From Octopus sinensis (Eukaryota), in contig NC_042999.1 in the NCBI RefSeq assembly GCF_006345805.1, forward strand, positions 3,286,001 to 3,350,000: a stretch of 64,000 nucleotides of DNA, written 5' to 3'. This document shows, in pieces, positions 51,054-64,000 of this stretch. The notes below the pieces were generated by a model. The model was not told the origin of the DNA. It searched no databases and was given only the letters and a program-made list of their open reading frames with translations. Numbering within the stretch: position 1 is the stretch's first letter; every line of letters begins with the position of its first letter. A program made the position numbers and the translations under genes.

Positions 51054-51568
51054 AAGGTGGTGAGCTGGCAGAAACGTTAGCATGCCAGGCAAAATGCTTA
51101 GCAGTATTTCGTCTGTCTTTACATTCAGAGTTCAAATTCCGCCGAGGTCAACTTTGCCTTTCATCCTTTCGAGCTCAATAAATTAAGTACCAGTTATGCA
51201 CTGGAGTCGATATAATCGACTTAATCCATTTGTCTGTCCTTGTTTGTCCTCTCTGTGTTTAGCCCCTTGTGGGTAGTAAAGAAATAGGTATTCCATCTGT
51301 CTTTACGTTCAGAGTTCAAATTACCTTTCATCCTTTCGAGGTCAATAAATTAAGTACCGTTGTATACTGGGGTTAATCTAATCAACTGGCCCCCTATTTC
51401 GGTATTTTGTCTGTCTTTACATTCTGAGTTCAAATTCTGCCGAGGTCAACTTTGCCTTTTATCCTTTCAGGTTCGATAAATAAAATACCAGTTGCATACT
51501 GGGGTCTATCTAATCGACTGGTTCCCTCCCCAAAAATTTCGGGCCTTGTGCCTAGAGTCAAAAAGAAT
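51054..51568 (+). mobile_element. SINE B multimer (one head, three bodies)
   Basis: Junctions at about 51288 (aaataggtattcc) and 51401 (cggtattttg). Confidence 0.85.
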
Positions 51569-51919
51569 ATCTCTTCCGACTCTTTGTGATTAGAGTTCTA
51601 ATCCTGCCTCCTGTCACCAAGGGAAAAACAGTGTCAATTTTTAACAGTTTTATCATAGAAGTTACTCATAGAATCAAAATTTGAAAAACTAAGAGAAAAT
51701 ACAGTTTCCTTGGTTTGACTGGAAGATCATCAGCAATGGATGTGATGTGATATTAAGGTTTATTCAGAAGGAAGGGGTACTGTGCAGGTTTGATCTTGCA
51801 TGGCCTTTTGAGGCTGATGGATTTGATATGATTGGAGTTTAATAGGAACAGCAAGATTTTCTTGATTTGTTTTTGGAAGAAGAGGTAGTGCCTAAGACTT
51901 TTGCAGGCTGTCCAAGAAC

Positions 51920-52330
51920 AGAGAGTTTGGTGCCATTAATGTTGCATTTAAACTCTGAGAAGAAGAACATAAGCAGGGAGGAAATATTGCAGGACCATTG
52001 TAGTTCTGGAGATGAAGAAGTGAGCATAGGAGTTAATGGAAGGCCAGGTGGAGGGTTTGGATGTGACAAGCATGACAAGAGGTGATGGGACGTGTGGGTC
52101 AGGGATGTTCAAGTTGTAGGGAAACAAGACCAACTGGCGCTCGGTAACAGGGGCCATTATGGTTGACATTTGTGCAAGGAAAAAATATAAAGACAGAGAA
52201 AATGATTTTTCCAAAGGGGAATGATGTTCCAAGAGAAGAAAGAAAGAAAGAAGGAAAATAATTGATAAATACAAGAACTGAAAATGGAGGAGGGGCATGG
52301 CGGGAAAGACTTTGATTGATGCAGTAAGAC
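51920..52330 (-). mobile_element. Heavily decayed CR1-group LINE 3' fragment
   Basis: Frame-shifted pieces NHNGPC...PTRPITSCH...INSYAHFFISRT...FKCNIN resemble a CR1/Jockey-group ORF2 C-terminus. Confidence 0.5.
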
Positions 52331-52589
52331 ACTGTAAAGAAGAACAGTAGAAGGATGGAAACGGTGGTAAAGGAAGGGAGGTGAGGTGTGGCGAAAGCTT
52401 GAAGTAAATGTAAAACACGTGGGTTTCAGTGGAAAATGTCATTCAGAATTTCTTTATAGGGCTTCACTGAGCAAAAATCATTTGCCGTTTTGCTTTGCTT
52501 GAGAAGAATAAGAGAAGATCCAAACAATTCTGTTCTTTGTTGTTGTTTTCCTGTTGCTATTTTGCCATTGCTTCTTTTGTTCTTAACCA

Positions 52590-52692
52590 TTTTCTTCTCC
52601 TTCTTCTTTTTTTTCTTCTTCTTTCTCTTCTTCTTCTTCTTCTTCTCTTCTTCTTCTTCTTCTTCTTCTTCTTCTTCTTCTTCTTCTTCTTC
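52590..52692. repeat. (TTC)n microsatellite
   Basis: Directly visible. Confidence 0.95.
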
Positions 52693-53326
52693 CTGGTGTT
52701 TCTTGCATTATTTATGGTGGTTCTACTTTCACTTTTCTTTTGGTTCGTTAAGAATTGATTCCAAATCAATGCAATAAAACATATATAATTACAAACAAAC
52801 AATTTCTCATCAACAAGAGACTTTTCTACTGATTGTTTTTATTTTTGTTTTGTTTTTAACTTTGTTTTTTTCTTCTTCGTTTTTTAGTCTTTGTCCTTTC
52901 TATTTTCCCTTTTACCTTTAATTCTTGTGGAGAATTTCTGACTACAAGCATTGGAGAAAATTTTGTTAAATTAAACTCCCAAAATTTACAAATATTGCAA
53001 CCACCACCACCACTGCTGCTACTACCACTGTTCATGCTCCTGATACTTTTACCCCTGCCCCTATTACAGCTTCTGCAGCTCTACTACTACCACCACCACT
53101 ACCCCAGCTGCTACTCTCATTACTATTGCTCTCCTCTGCAACTACCACCATAGTAGCTGCTGCTGCTACTACGATCTCTACCATCTCAACTAACCATAGA
53201 CTTAGAAGCATAATTCTCTTCTTTGGCAAGGAACCCAACCCCCACATTTTAGAAATTCTCTTCTTTAAGCATCTTTTTATGAATGATATATCAACATCAA
53301 AAATCAATGGAAATTGCAGTTGTGAT

Positions 53327-53575
53327 CCCTGTGCCGGTGGCACATAAAAAGCACCAACTGATCGTGGCCATTGCCAGCCTCGCCGGGCACCTGTGCTGAT
53401 GGCATGTAAAAAGCACCCACTACACTCACGGAGTGGTGGGCATTAGGAAGGGCATCCAGTGGTAGAAACACTGCCAGATCAGACTGGGCCTGGTGCAGCC
53501 TTCTGGCTTCCCAGACCCCAGTTGAACCGTCCAACCCATGCTGGCATGGAAAACGGACGTTAAACAATAATGATG
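53327..53575 (+). mobile_element. SINE family R
   Basis: Core and tail match the other R copies. Confidence 0.85.
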
Positions 53576-54247
53576 AAAGTTTCAACTTTGACACAAGGCC
53601 AGCAGTTTAAGAAGGGGTTGGGGTAGGTCAATTTATTGACCCCAAAAGGATGAAAAGTAAAATCGACCACAGTGGAACTGGAACACGGGACATAAAGATG
53701 GATGAAATACTGTTAAGCATTTTGCTCAGCATGTTAATGATTCTGCCAGCTCACTGCTTTAATAATAATAATTATTATCATTTCTATTCTGGGCACAAGG
53801 CCTTGAAAAAATTTTGGGAGTAAGGGGGCTAGTCAATTACACTGACCCCAGTGTGTAACTGGTACTTATTTCATCAACCATGAAAGAACAAAAGGCTAAG
53901 TGAACCTCAGCAGACGAAATACAACTAGGCATTTCACCCAGCATGCTAACAATTCTGCCAGCTCGCCACCTCTTTAATAATAATAATAATAATAATAATA
54001 TTGATAATAATAATAATAATAATAATAATAATCTTTTCTGCTATAGGCACAAGGCTAGCAAGTTTGGGGGAGGGTGCTAGTCGATTACATCCACCCCAGT
54101 GTCCAACTGGTACTTATTTTATTGACCTTGAATGGATGAAAGGCAAAGTCACCCTCGGCAGGATTTGAACTCAGAACATAGCGACAAGCAAAATGCCATG
54201 AAGCATTTTATCTGGGGTGCTGACGCTTCTTCCAGCTCACCGCCTTT
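53575..54247 (-). mobile_element. Cluster of three SINE B short-tail copies
   Basis: Repeated ttctgccagctc.c.gc heads and ggcacaaggc tails, separated by (AAT)n. Confidence 0.78.
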
Positions 54248-54284
54248 ATGAATGATGTAAGTAATGGCATTAAACTACAACTGT

Positions 54285-54334
<50 letters not shown>

Positions 54335-54437
54335 ATTAAAACTACTTCTGCAACGACAACTATTGCAACTGTTGCCACTACAAGTAGTAGTAGTAGTAGT
54401 AATGGTAGTAAAAGCAACAGCAGCAGCAAAGTAGTAT

Positions 54438-54476
<39 letters not shown>

Positions 54477-56355
54477 CAGTAGTAGTAGTAGACCCCCCCA
54501 TCCTTCCTCTTTGTCAGCTAGCAAATCACTTAATATGCTGGCTGTCAAGAACCACTTATTGCTTTAGTGAAATGCCAAAAGCTCATCTACTATGGACATG
54601 TACCCTGTTGCAATTCCAATGATGTTGATGATGATGATGATGATGTGGTAGTGATAGTGGTGATGATGAGTTCGGTGTCTTGTGATTGTGTGTTCCAGTC
54701 TGAGTGAAGTACCCTGACAACATCCCATTAAATGCTGTGTTGAAAGTAATACAAGATATTAACATTTAGTGAAACAAAAACTGCGACTTAATTTCAGGGA
54801 CCACTTGCAACATTAAACCCTATTCTGACCGTCTCTAATAAAATACGTTAACCATGTCTTTTGATATGTTTCAAGGACAGTGGCCATGTCCCCTTTACAG
54901 GGCCTCAGGGACTGGTAGGGAAAACAGAGGACATTCTCTTCAAATTGGTAAATTGACCTTGGCATGTCAAGTGTACTCTTCTACAGGAATGTATAGGTCA
55001 AACGGTGGCATTAAGTCAGATGCCATGTAGTTTGAAGAACAGAAATAATATATCCGACATTTTTCGAAAGAATTTCTGCCAAGCAAATTTCACTCAAGAC
55101 TTTGGTTGGCTGCCAATCTCAAGCTATTGTTGAAAATGCCCACTCAAATCTACAGTACTTTGCAATGGGATTGAACCCACAGTCACAAAGATGCAAAACA
55201 CACTTCTCAACCCCAGGAGCATGGCTGGTTCATATAAATTAATGTTTTGCTTTACAAAGACAAAGAAAATAACAGGAGGGACAGATTTTCGACCGTAAAC
55301 AGAAATTAACATTTTCCAAAACAAGGTGGCAAGCCAACAGACTCATTAGCATGCCGGACAAAATGCTTGCAACCGGTGTTGGTGTCTTTACATCCCTGTA
55401 ACTTAGCAGTTTGGCAAGAGAGACCAATAGAATAAGTACCTGGCTTATAAACAGGCTTTGGGGTTGATTCATTCGACTAAAATGCTTTAAGGTGTTGCCC
55501 CACCATGGCCACGATCTAAAGACTGAAACAAGTAAAAGATAGAATATAACACATCCAATTTAGAATAGAAGATTCTGATTCTTTTTCCCAAAGGAGAATT
55601 CTTCAAAATTCGAATAATAAATTTGACAGCGAAAAGACAGAGTGTGACTACAAAATCTTCACAAAGGTACTTGGTTGTTTCTTATTCCGGAATTAGAAAG
55701 AAAGAAAGAAAATTATAGCTTTGTTGTGTTTTTTTTTTCTTTCTTCCTTCTTTCTTTTAGCATTGAAAAAAATTCTGATGATTCATCATCATTTATGACC
55801 AACTTCTATCTGGAAAACATAAGAAAAGATTAATTTTACTTCTCAACCAGTCATGACTAAACCAAATTTTACCAAAGGCACTGCTTTCCTCCCAGGAGAA
55901 AACTTAATGAAGATGATAGAGAAAAAAAAAAAAAAAATAGAAAAAAAACGAAATCGTAAGCTTAAATCATTTTTCTTTATTTGAAAGTTTGCAGAAGTTT
56001 GTTTTTCAATTTTCCCCAGATATATATTTCTGTTCATTGTCTTGCTTTTACCATTTTTTGTTTTTGCTTTTTTTTATCTCATGGCTTTTTCTTTCTGATA
56101 CTTCTGAACTATATCTTTTAATTTGTGTGATTAAAACCTGACTAATCTCTCCCACGTCTCTTGAAAGACATTTTCTTGGAACCATTCTTGAAAGGCTATC
56201 AATCAAATATATCTACATTATGAGAGTTTATACGTATGCTTTTTATTATTTAGACATGCTTTTTTGTACTATTTTCTCCGTTCTTTTCTTTTTAGCCTTA
56301 TATTTCTCAGAGAAATGAATGAATATATATATGGATATACAAACAGACACATTTC

Positions 56356-57026
56356 ATATATATATATATTATATATATATATAATATATATATATATGAT
56401 ATATATATATGATATATAATATATATGATATATATATACATATGATATATATATATATGATATATATATATATATTGATATATATATATATGATATATAT
56501 ATATATATATATATGATATATATATATATATATGATATATATATATATGATATATATATATATGATAATATATATATATATATGATATATATATATATGA
56601 TATATATATATATTGATATATATATAGATATATATATATATATGATATATATGATATATATATATATGATATATATGATATATATATATTGATATATATG
56701 ATATATATATATATGATATATATGATATATATATAATGATATATATATATATATATATATGATAATATATATATATATATGATATATAGATATATATGAT
56801 ATATATGATATATATATATATGATATATATATATGATATAATATATATTATATATATATGATATATATATATGATATTATATATATGATATATATATATG
56901 ATATATATATATGATATATATATATATGATATATATATATGATATATATATATAATGATATATATATATGATATATATATATATGAATATATATATGATA
57001 TATATATTATATGATATATATATATG

Positions 57027-57066
<40 letters not shown>

Positions 57067-57088
57067 ATATATGATATATATATATATA
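56356..57088. repeat. (TA)n tract punctuated by TGA
   Basis: Recurring atatatatatatg units. Confidence 0.95.
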
Positions 57089-58313
57089 AAATGAAAAGAA
57101 ATGGTGAAAATTGTGATGACTTTCCAAAAAACAGTATTAACTTGTCATGTATATTAATATTTTATGTTCACTAACGACACCTATTCGGACATAATTTTTG
57201 TTGATAAATCTCCTCAGTACTACATACATTAATGGAAGTTCTTCTTTTTTCCTTTTCTCTCCGTTATATGCATCTACAAACACATTTATCAATCATTTTG
57301 CATTAAAACTATCCCGAATGGGTATTTAGCTTCAGTTCTTTTGTTACTTTTTTTTTTTTTTGGTTTTTGTGGGGGTTTTTTTATTTATATTTTTAGGTTT
57401 CGAAATTTTTCCTTTTTTTCATCTTCCAGTATATTTTTTATATTTTTCTGCTCCATGTTATTATTGTGTATTTTCTCTTCACTTAAGTGATTTTATTTTT
57501 TTTTTTTGATTTTTATAATGCATGTGCTGAGTGGAAACTGCTTTTGTGCTAAGATGTTGGAGATATTAACTATGAAGAAGCAACAAGAAATTTGGGTAAA
57601 AATATCATTGCCTTTATTGAAACAGAAGGAATGTTCTCAAATTTTGTTTTTTGTTCCGTTCTGTAAAAATTCATGTTTGAATGAACAACTTCATCACACA
57701 ATTGATTTTATTACATACATATTGCCATAAGCAATATGAATAAAACATTTTTCTCCCTCCGCTTTATTTTCCTTCATTATATTCATAATATTTCTGTTAA
57801 TATTGTGGCTACAGAAAGGCTACCTGACAGACACAGTAATCTTAGCGTGGACCTTCACAAGTAGGATTAACAGATAAAGAACAGAACCAAAAAAAAGCCG
57901 GTATTATGAGATCTGAAGAAACGTTACCTTAAGGTACGTAGAATACCAGGAAACATTAAGTAAGACTAATACACCGCTTCACAAAGAAGCTACATCAATG
58001 GCATCAGAATAAATAGAGTAGAAATCTCTTGAAGTTTTAGTAATATGGATAAATCTATGACAAATAACAGGAATGCCAGTCTTGAAAGAGACAGAGAAAT
58101 GCTTCTACAGGGTGCGGCAAAAAACATCTATGTTTTGTAGGCTGGCAAACATTTCAACGTAAATGCTGTTAGTATTGGTTCAAACCATGAGAATAGCTGA
58201 CAAAATAGAAAAAAAAAAAATGGTAAAACGTAACCTACGTGAAAACACTGTTATCATTTGTCTAACTAGCATCATACCGACAGATGTATAAAATAGGAGA
58301 CGCATTTCTGTTG

Positions 58314-58825
58314 CATCATCATCATCATCGTTTAACGTCCGCTTTCCATGCTAGCATGGGTTGGATGATTTTGACTGAGGGCTAGCAAAGCAGATGGCTG
58401 CGCCAGGCTCCAATCTTGATCTGGCAGAGTTTCTACAGCTGGATGCCCTTCCTAACGCCAACCACTCCGAGGGTGTAGTGGGTGCTTTTTACGTGCCACC
58501 GGCATGGGGGACAGTCAGGCGGTACTGGCAATAGCCACGCTCAAATGGTGTTTTTTATGTGCCACCTGCACAAGAGCCAGTCCAGTGGAACTGGCAACGA
58601 CCTCGCTTGAATGTTTTTTCATGTGCCAGTAAGGCGACACTGGTAACAATCACACTTGAATGGTGCTTTTTATGAGCCACCAGCACAGAAGCCAGTTTGT
58701 TGCTCTGGCAATGATCATGCTCGGATGGTGCTCTTAGTGCTCCACTAGCACGGATGCCAGTCATCGAATTTGATTTCGATTTCACTTGCCTCAATAGGTC
58801 TTCACAAGTAGAGTTTAGTGTCCAT
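58314..58825 (-). mobile_element. SINE family R (long form, matches 25495-26100)
   Basis: Shares aaatcaaattcgatgac.ggcatccgtgctag and the subrepeats with the 25.5 kb copy. Confidence 0.85.
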
Positions 58826-59145
58826 CTTAAATGTTATCAGTTAATTTGGTAAAAATGAGCTGGTCCCCGTGACCAAAGTTTAGTCATTGAAATGAGAAAT
58901 GGCCCATGATATCACAGGGTCTGTTAAATGTTCAAGAAATATAGCTTCCATGTTGTCACAATATATATGAATGGGAAGGGTTTATGTATGTGTGTTCTGT
59001 GCATGTATGTACTTGTGCGAATAACTTCATATTTCCCCTTGTCTTCACATGTGTTTGCTGACTGTAGACAACAATACAGGTGGTGCCCTTCGCTTGCAGC
59101 CAATTGCAAAAGCATATTCAGGTTGGCATGTTGTGCAATCATTAT

Positions 59146-59302
59146 AGGCGTAGGAGTGGCTGTGTGGTAAGTAGCTTGCTTACATACCACATAGTTCTGG
59201 GTTCAGTCCCACTGCGTGGCACCTTGGGCAAGTGTCTTCTCAAAGCCTTGTGAGTGGATTTGGTAGACAGAAACTGAAAGAAGCCCATCATATATATATG
59301 TG

Positions 59303-59356
<54 letters not shown>

Positions 59357-59586
59357 AATATATATATACACATACATGTATGTGTTTGTGTGTCTGTGTT
59401 TGTCCCCACAACATCGCTTGACAACCGATGCTGGTGTGTTTATGTCCCGTAACTTAGCGGTTTTGCAAATGAGACCGATAGAATAAGTACTAGGCTTCCA
59501 AAGAATAAGTCCTGGGGTCAATTTGCTCGACTAAAGGTGGTGCTTCAGCATGGCCACAGTCAAATGACTGAAACAAGTAAAAGAGA
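59146..59586 (+). mobile_element. SINE family A
   Basis: Full copy with an expanded internal (TA)n. Confidence 0.88.
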
Positions 59587-60179
59587 ATTATTGCAAACAA
59601 GTCTTATTCAAATGATATGATGTGTTTACTGTCCTCCACGTAACTATATCCAGGCTGTCAGTTGTTTGATAGTCTACGAGATTAATAACTTGATTGGAAA
59701 TAGGTGAAGGTTGGCACCAGGAAGAGCATCTGGTTGTAGAATATCTGCCTCAATGAATCCCCTCTCCATTCTGACCGAACATGGAAAAGTGGACATTAAA
59801 ATAATAATGATGATGATAAGGAGGATGAACGTGTGTGTTAATTAAACCTAATTAATCAGTCGCTTGTATTTGAATGACTGGATAAGTGTATCGAAAAACT
59901 CTGGAGTCAATCTACTCTAAGCAGTCAGGTGGAGAGGTGTATATAGTCTGACGATGAGTAAAATTAAAAAGGAGCCTAACAGGGGATTTGAACCCAGTAA
60001 TCATGTGCTAGAGGACTCATGCTTCATTCACTTGATTATTTGTTTCATTTATGCACATATAAAACCTATACCAAATATAAACACTGGATGAGGCTGTGAA
60101 ATGTTCACAATACTAAGCTTCAGTCTCATGTATAATGAAATTAAATACAGTTATATTCTAAGCATCTTGTTCAGTCATG

Positions 60180-60547
60180 GCACTCCATCGGTTACAATGA
60201 TAAGGGTTCCATTTGATCTGATCAATGGAACAACCAGCTCGAGAAATTGACATGGAAGTGGCTGAGCACTCCACAGACATATGTACTCTTAATGTAGTTC
60301 TTGGGGAGACACAGTGTGATAAGGCTGGCCCTTTGAAATACAAGTACAACAGAAACAGGAAGACAGTGTGAGAGAATGTTGTGGTGAAAGAGTACAGCAG
60401 GGTTCACCACCACCCGCTGTTAGAGCCTTGTGGAGCTTTAGATGTTTTTGCTCAATAAACACTCAACAACACCCAGTCTGGGAATCGAAACCGCAATCCC
60501 ATAACCACGAATCTGCTGCCCTAACCGCTGGGCCATTGTGCCTCCAC
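60180..60547 (-). mobile_element. SINE family C (tRNA-derived head)
   Basis: Minus strand reads tggaggcacaatggcccagcggttagggcagc...ggtttcgattccc. The 3' half is shared with the D copy at 24700-25028. Confidence 0.82.
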
Positions 60548-61015
60548 ATCATGTTCAGTATTTAACCTAAATTTTCTCCTTTGATAATAAAGTATTAAAT
60601 GAAAATTCATAAATATCTGCTAAAAGAGATGTGTTGTGTCATGTTTAGTATAGTTGAATAATTAATAAGACAAAGAAACATCTTCAATAATGTTCGTTAA
60701 TAACACTAAACAGTTTTGAATAGATTTAATGTAACAATTTGTTAAATGCATGTTTATGAGTCAAAAAAGAAATGATGAAATGGCCAAAGGACCAAAGGCT
60801 GAAATATGTCATATAAGAATATAGTTGATAGTTACAACAGGGATAATCTCTTGGACAGAAGGTTGAAAGATGGAAATCATCTTGTTAAACATGAATTTTA
60901 ATGACACATGGCCTACAGTTGTGGTAAGAAAAGTCCCTTAAATGGGATGAACTCTGAGCTTTTTATAAATCCACTATGACATTCTAGAATGTTCTATAAG
61001 GCCTTTATGAATGAG

Positions 61016-61227
61016 AACACTTTAGCATTTCAATTAGTCATGTCTGGCACAAATATTCTATTAATTTTATGTTTAAATTGACCAGAGCTGGCCTGTTGCA
61101 CCAAACCTGAAATGTCAAACTAAAAATAAACAATCACATTATGAAAATCTTGAAGTTGATTAATTCAAAACAATGTAAATGAATAAACATAATATTTGAC
61201 AGACAAATCTGAATGCTAAAATGTTAA
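61016..61227. mobile_element. TTAA-type MITE, same family as 44408-45160
   Basis: ctttagcattt...attaattcaaaacaatgtaaatgaataaac...aatctgaatgctaaaatgttaa. Confidence 0.65.
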
Positions 61228-61261
61228 ACTTACCCTTTTTGAATGAAAAGAAGTTTTATTT

Positions 61262-61378
61262 TATTAAAGAAAAGGTTTATTTTTATTCTCATAGTATTTT
61301 TGGATAAGGAAAGTTATTATCTGTTATTATATATCTGTTTTTATATACATAAATCTGTCCTCAAATAACTTATACACC

Positions 61379-61381
<3 letters not shown>
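61262..61381 (+). mobile_element. Solo right end of the same mariner family as 21336-22587
   Basis: ggtttatttttat...aaagttattatctgttattat...aaatctgtcctcaaataacttatacaccctg aligns by eye with 22472-22587. Confidence 0.8.
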
Positions 61382-61420
<39 letters not shown>

Positions 61421-61429
61421 TATATATAT

Positions 61430-61468
<39 letters not shown>

Positions 61469-61872
61469 TATGTATGTATATACACACATACACACACATG
61501 TCTGTCTTTGTGTCTGTGTTTATCCTGATCACTTGTCAATTGGTGTTGATGTGTTTACCTCTCTGTAACTTCACATTTCGGCAAAAGTGATCAAAAGAAT
61601 AAGTACCAGGCTTAAAAAATTTGATTTGTTTGGCTAAAATTTCTTCAACGTGGTGCTCCAGCATGGCCATAGTCAAGTGACTGAAGCAAGTAAAAGATAG
61701 CACATTTAGTAACCATATCAATAAAGTAGATTGATCGAAGACAGAGAGACTTTATAAAGAGCAACACCACAAATGAAATTAATCAATGGCTTTATGGAAA
61801 AATGATGAGCGATGATGGTGCCGCTGCCACTGATGATGATGATGATGATAATGATGGTATTTATTGACCCTG

Positions 61873-62478
61873 AAGGCGGCGAGCTGGCAGAAATGTTAGC
61901 ATGCCAGGTGAAATGCTTAGCGGTATTTCATCTGCCAGTACGTTCTGAGTTCAAATTCTGCCGAAGTCGACTTTGCCGTTCATCCTTTCGGGGTCAATAA
62001 ATTAAGTACCAGTTACGCACTGGGGTCGATATAATTGACTTAATCCATTTGTCTGTTCTTGTTTGTCCTCTCTATGTTTAGCCCCTTGTGGGTAGTAAAA
62101 GAAATAGGTATTTCACCTGTTGCTACGTTCTGAGTTCAAATTCCACCATGGTTGACTTTGCCTTACATCATTTTGGGGGTCAATAAATTAAGTACCAGTC
62201 AAGTACTGGGATCGATGTAATCGACTTAATCCCTTTGTCTATCCTTGTTTGTCCTCTCTGTGTTTAACCCCTTGTGGGTAGTAAAGAAATAGGTATTTCG
62301 CCTGTCGCTACGTTCTGAGTTCAAATTCCGCCGAGGTCGACTTTGCCTTTCATCCTTTCGGGGTCGATTAAATAAGTACCAGTTATGCACTGGGGTCGAT
62401 GTAATCGACTTAATCCGTTTGTCTGTCTTTGTTTGTCCTCTCTGTGTTTAGCCCCCTTTGGGGGTAGTAAAAGAAATA
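61873..62478 (+). mobile_element. SINE B trimer (one head, three bodies)
   Basis: Junctions aaataggtatttc at about 62107 and 62292. A 19 bp TSD with 2 mismatches lies at 61856-61874 and 62479-62497. Confidence 0.88.
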
Positions 62479-62889
62479 GGTATTTATCGATCCTGAAAGA
62501 ATCAAAGACAATGATCACTCCAGTTTGATTTGAACTCAGGCCACAAAGTTCCATAACAAACACTGCTGTGGCATACTTATATTCTCTAACAGCTTTGTCA
62601 AACCTCTTTTAATGCGTACACAATCACAATATTTTTCACATACATTTCAATTCCAGGGAAAAAAAAAAAGAACTGAGCAAACTGTAACAAAACATAATTT
62701 GGAAAAGCAAACAGCAAAAAAGCCAGAATCAGTATTCAAGAAGTGTTGCTTAGAACATAGGCAGAACGATTAATTCTAATTTCTGTTTCATGAACTTGGA
62801 AAGGTAAGTCATCTTTCACCATTTGGGGGCATCTAAAAATATTACCTTCAGATCATTTGTTATTACTAATAAAATATATGTGGGTACAC

Positions 62890-63252
62890 TTGTGTATGTA
62901 TGTGTGTATGTATGTATGTATGTGTGTGTGTATGATGTATGCATGGAAAATGAATATATGTAAGTATGAATGTATGTAAGAAAGTACATGTATACCTATG
63001 TGCATGTATATATGTATATGTATGTTTGTGTGTATATATATATGTATATTTATATATGCATATATATATATACATATATATATATGTATATATATATATA
63101 TGTATGTATATATATATGTATATATATATGTATGTATATATATATGTATGTATATATATATATGTATGTATATATATATCTATATATGTATGTATATATG
63201 TATATATGTATGTATATATATATGTATGTATATATATATATGTATGTGTATA

Positions 63253-63303
<51 letters not shown>

Positions 63304-63385
63304 ACACACATGTATGTACCTTTATTCATGTGCATAGGTATGTATGCATAAGCTTATATATATATATATGTATGTATTTATGTAT
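62890..63385. repeat. Compound (TA)n/(TATG)n microsatellite
   Basis: Directly visible. Confidence 0.93.
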
Positions 63386-63981
63386 AAATATGAAAACCAA
63401 CAACAATAGAGAGAGAGAGAAGAGGGAGAGAGAGACACAGACATCAAAAGTACATTGAAATTCTGCTGTATTATATGTGAATGTGTATTCTCCGGACTCT
63501 GTGTGTGTGTGTGTTTGTACGTCTTCCAAGAAGATATATGAAAGGCGTATAAAGTACAACAAAAATACAAAAGCTAACTTCTTTAATAAAAAAAAACAAA
63601 AAACGAATAATAATTTGAACAGTGAAATTTAGAAAGAGAATATGAATAATGAATTTTAATTTCAAATGTAAAAACATTTACACAAAAATTAGAAAGGAAA
63701 GTTTATGCCTCACAATAGGTCCATAGTCTTGTATTTTTCATGTGAAGTAGAATACAGCATTACTGTGGAGTTAACAAGTTTGCTGTAGCAGCATGTTGCT
63801 CTGAGTTCAGATAAATATTTTGCCAAGCTCTTAAGTATATTGTTTTCTTTGTAACACAATATGTCTATAAAAGGATTGTCCCCAGATGAAAAAATGTAGC
63901 TTTTGGCTTTTCAGCAACACAGATAATGAAGTTATATAAAGACTATTTTATAGAGATGCTTCTACAGCATAATTTATATAT

Positions 63982-64000
63982 AGGCGCAGGAGTGGCTGTG
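63982..64000 (+). mobile_element. Start of a SINE A, cut by the window end
   Basis: aggcgcaggagtggctgtg. Confidence 0.65.

Overview
This is an AT-rich, microsatellite-laden eukaryotic window that is intronic or intergenic. The SINE set and repeat landscape look like a cephalopod of the genus Octopus; that is inference from recognised repeat types, not a database result. No host protein-coding exon could be supported, and most ORF-track entries are translations of (TA)n, (TG)n, (AAT)n or (CAT)n microsatellites or of SINEs. The main feature is a near full-length, minus-strand R4/Dong-clade non-LTR retrotransposon (about 39240-43213; RT, CCHC zinc knuckle and restriction-like endonuclease) sitting inside a (TAA)n tract, with only about 3 frameshifts. 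Other autonomous-element remnants: two further RLE-LINE 3' fragments, RTE and CR1 fragments, a Penelope GIY-YIG remnant followed by a tRNA-like head and a hammerhead ribozyme relic, and decayed Tc1/mariner elements (DD37D-like and probably DD41D-like). Non-autonomous elements include TA- and TTAA-type MITEs, three Helitrons and dozens of SINEs. The SINEs show module shuffling, nesting, an apparent GGT target preference and head-less tandem arrays. I do not see a clearly new biological system; the best leads are mechanistic observations about these mobile elements. SINE family labels A, B, C, D and R are my own working names. Coordinates of decayed elements are approximate.
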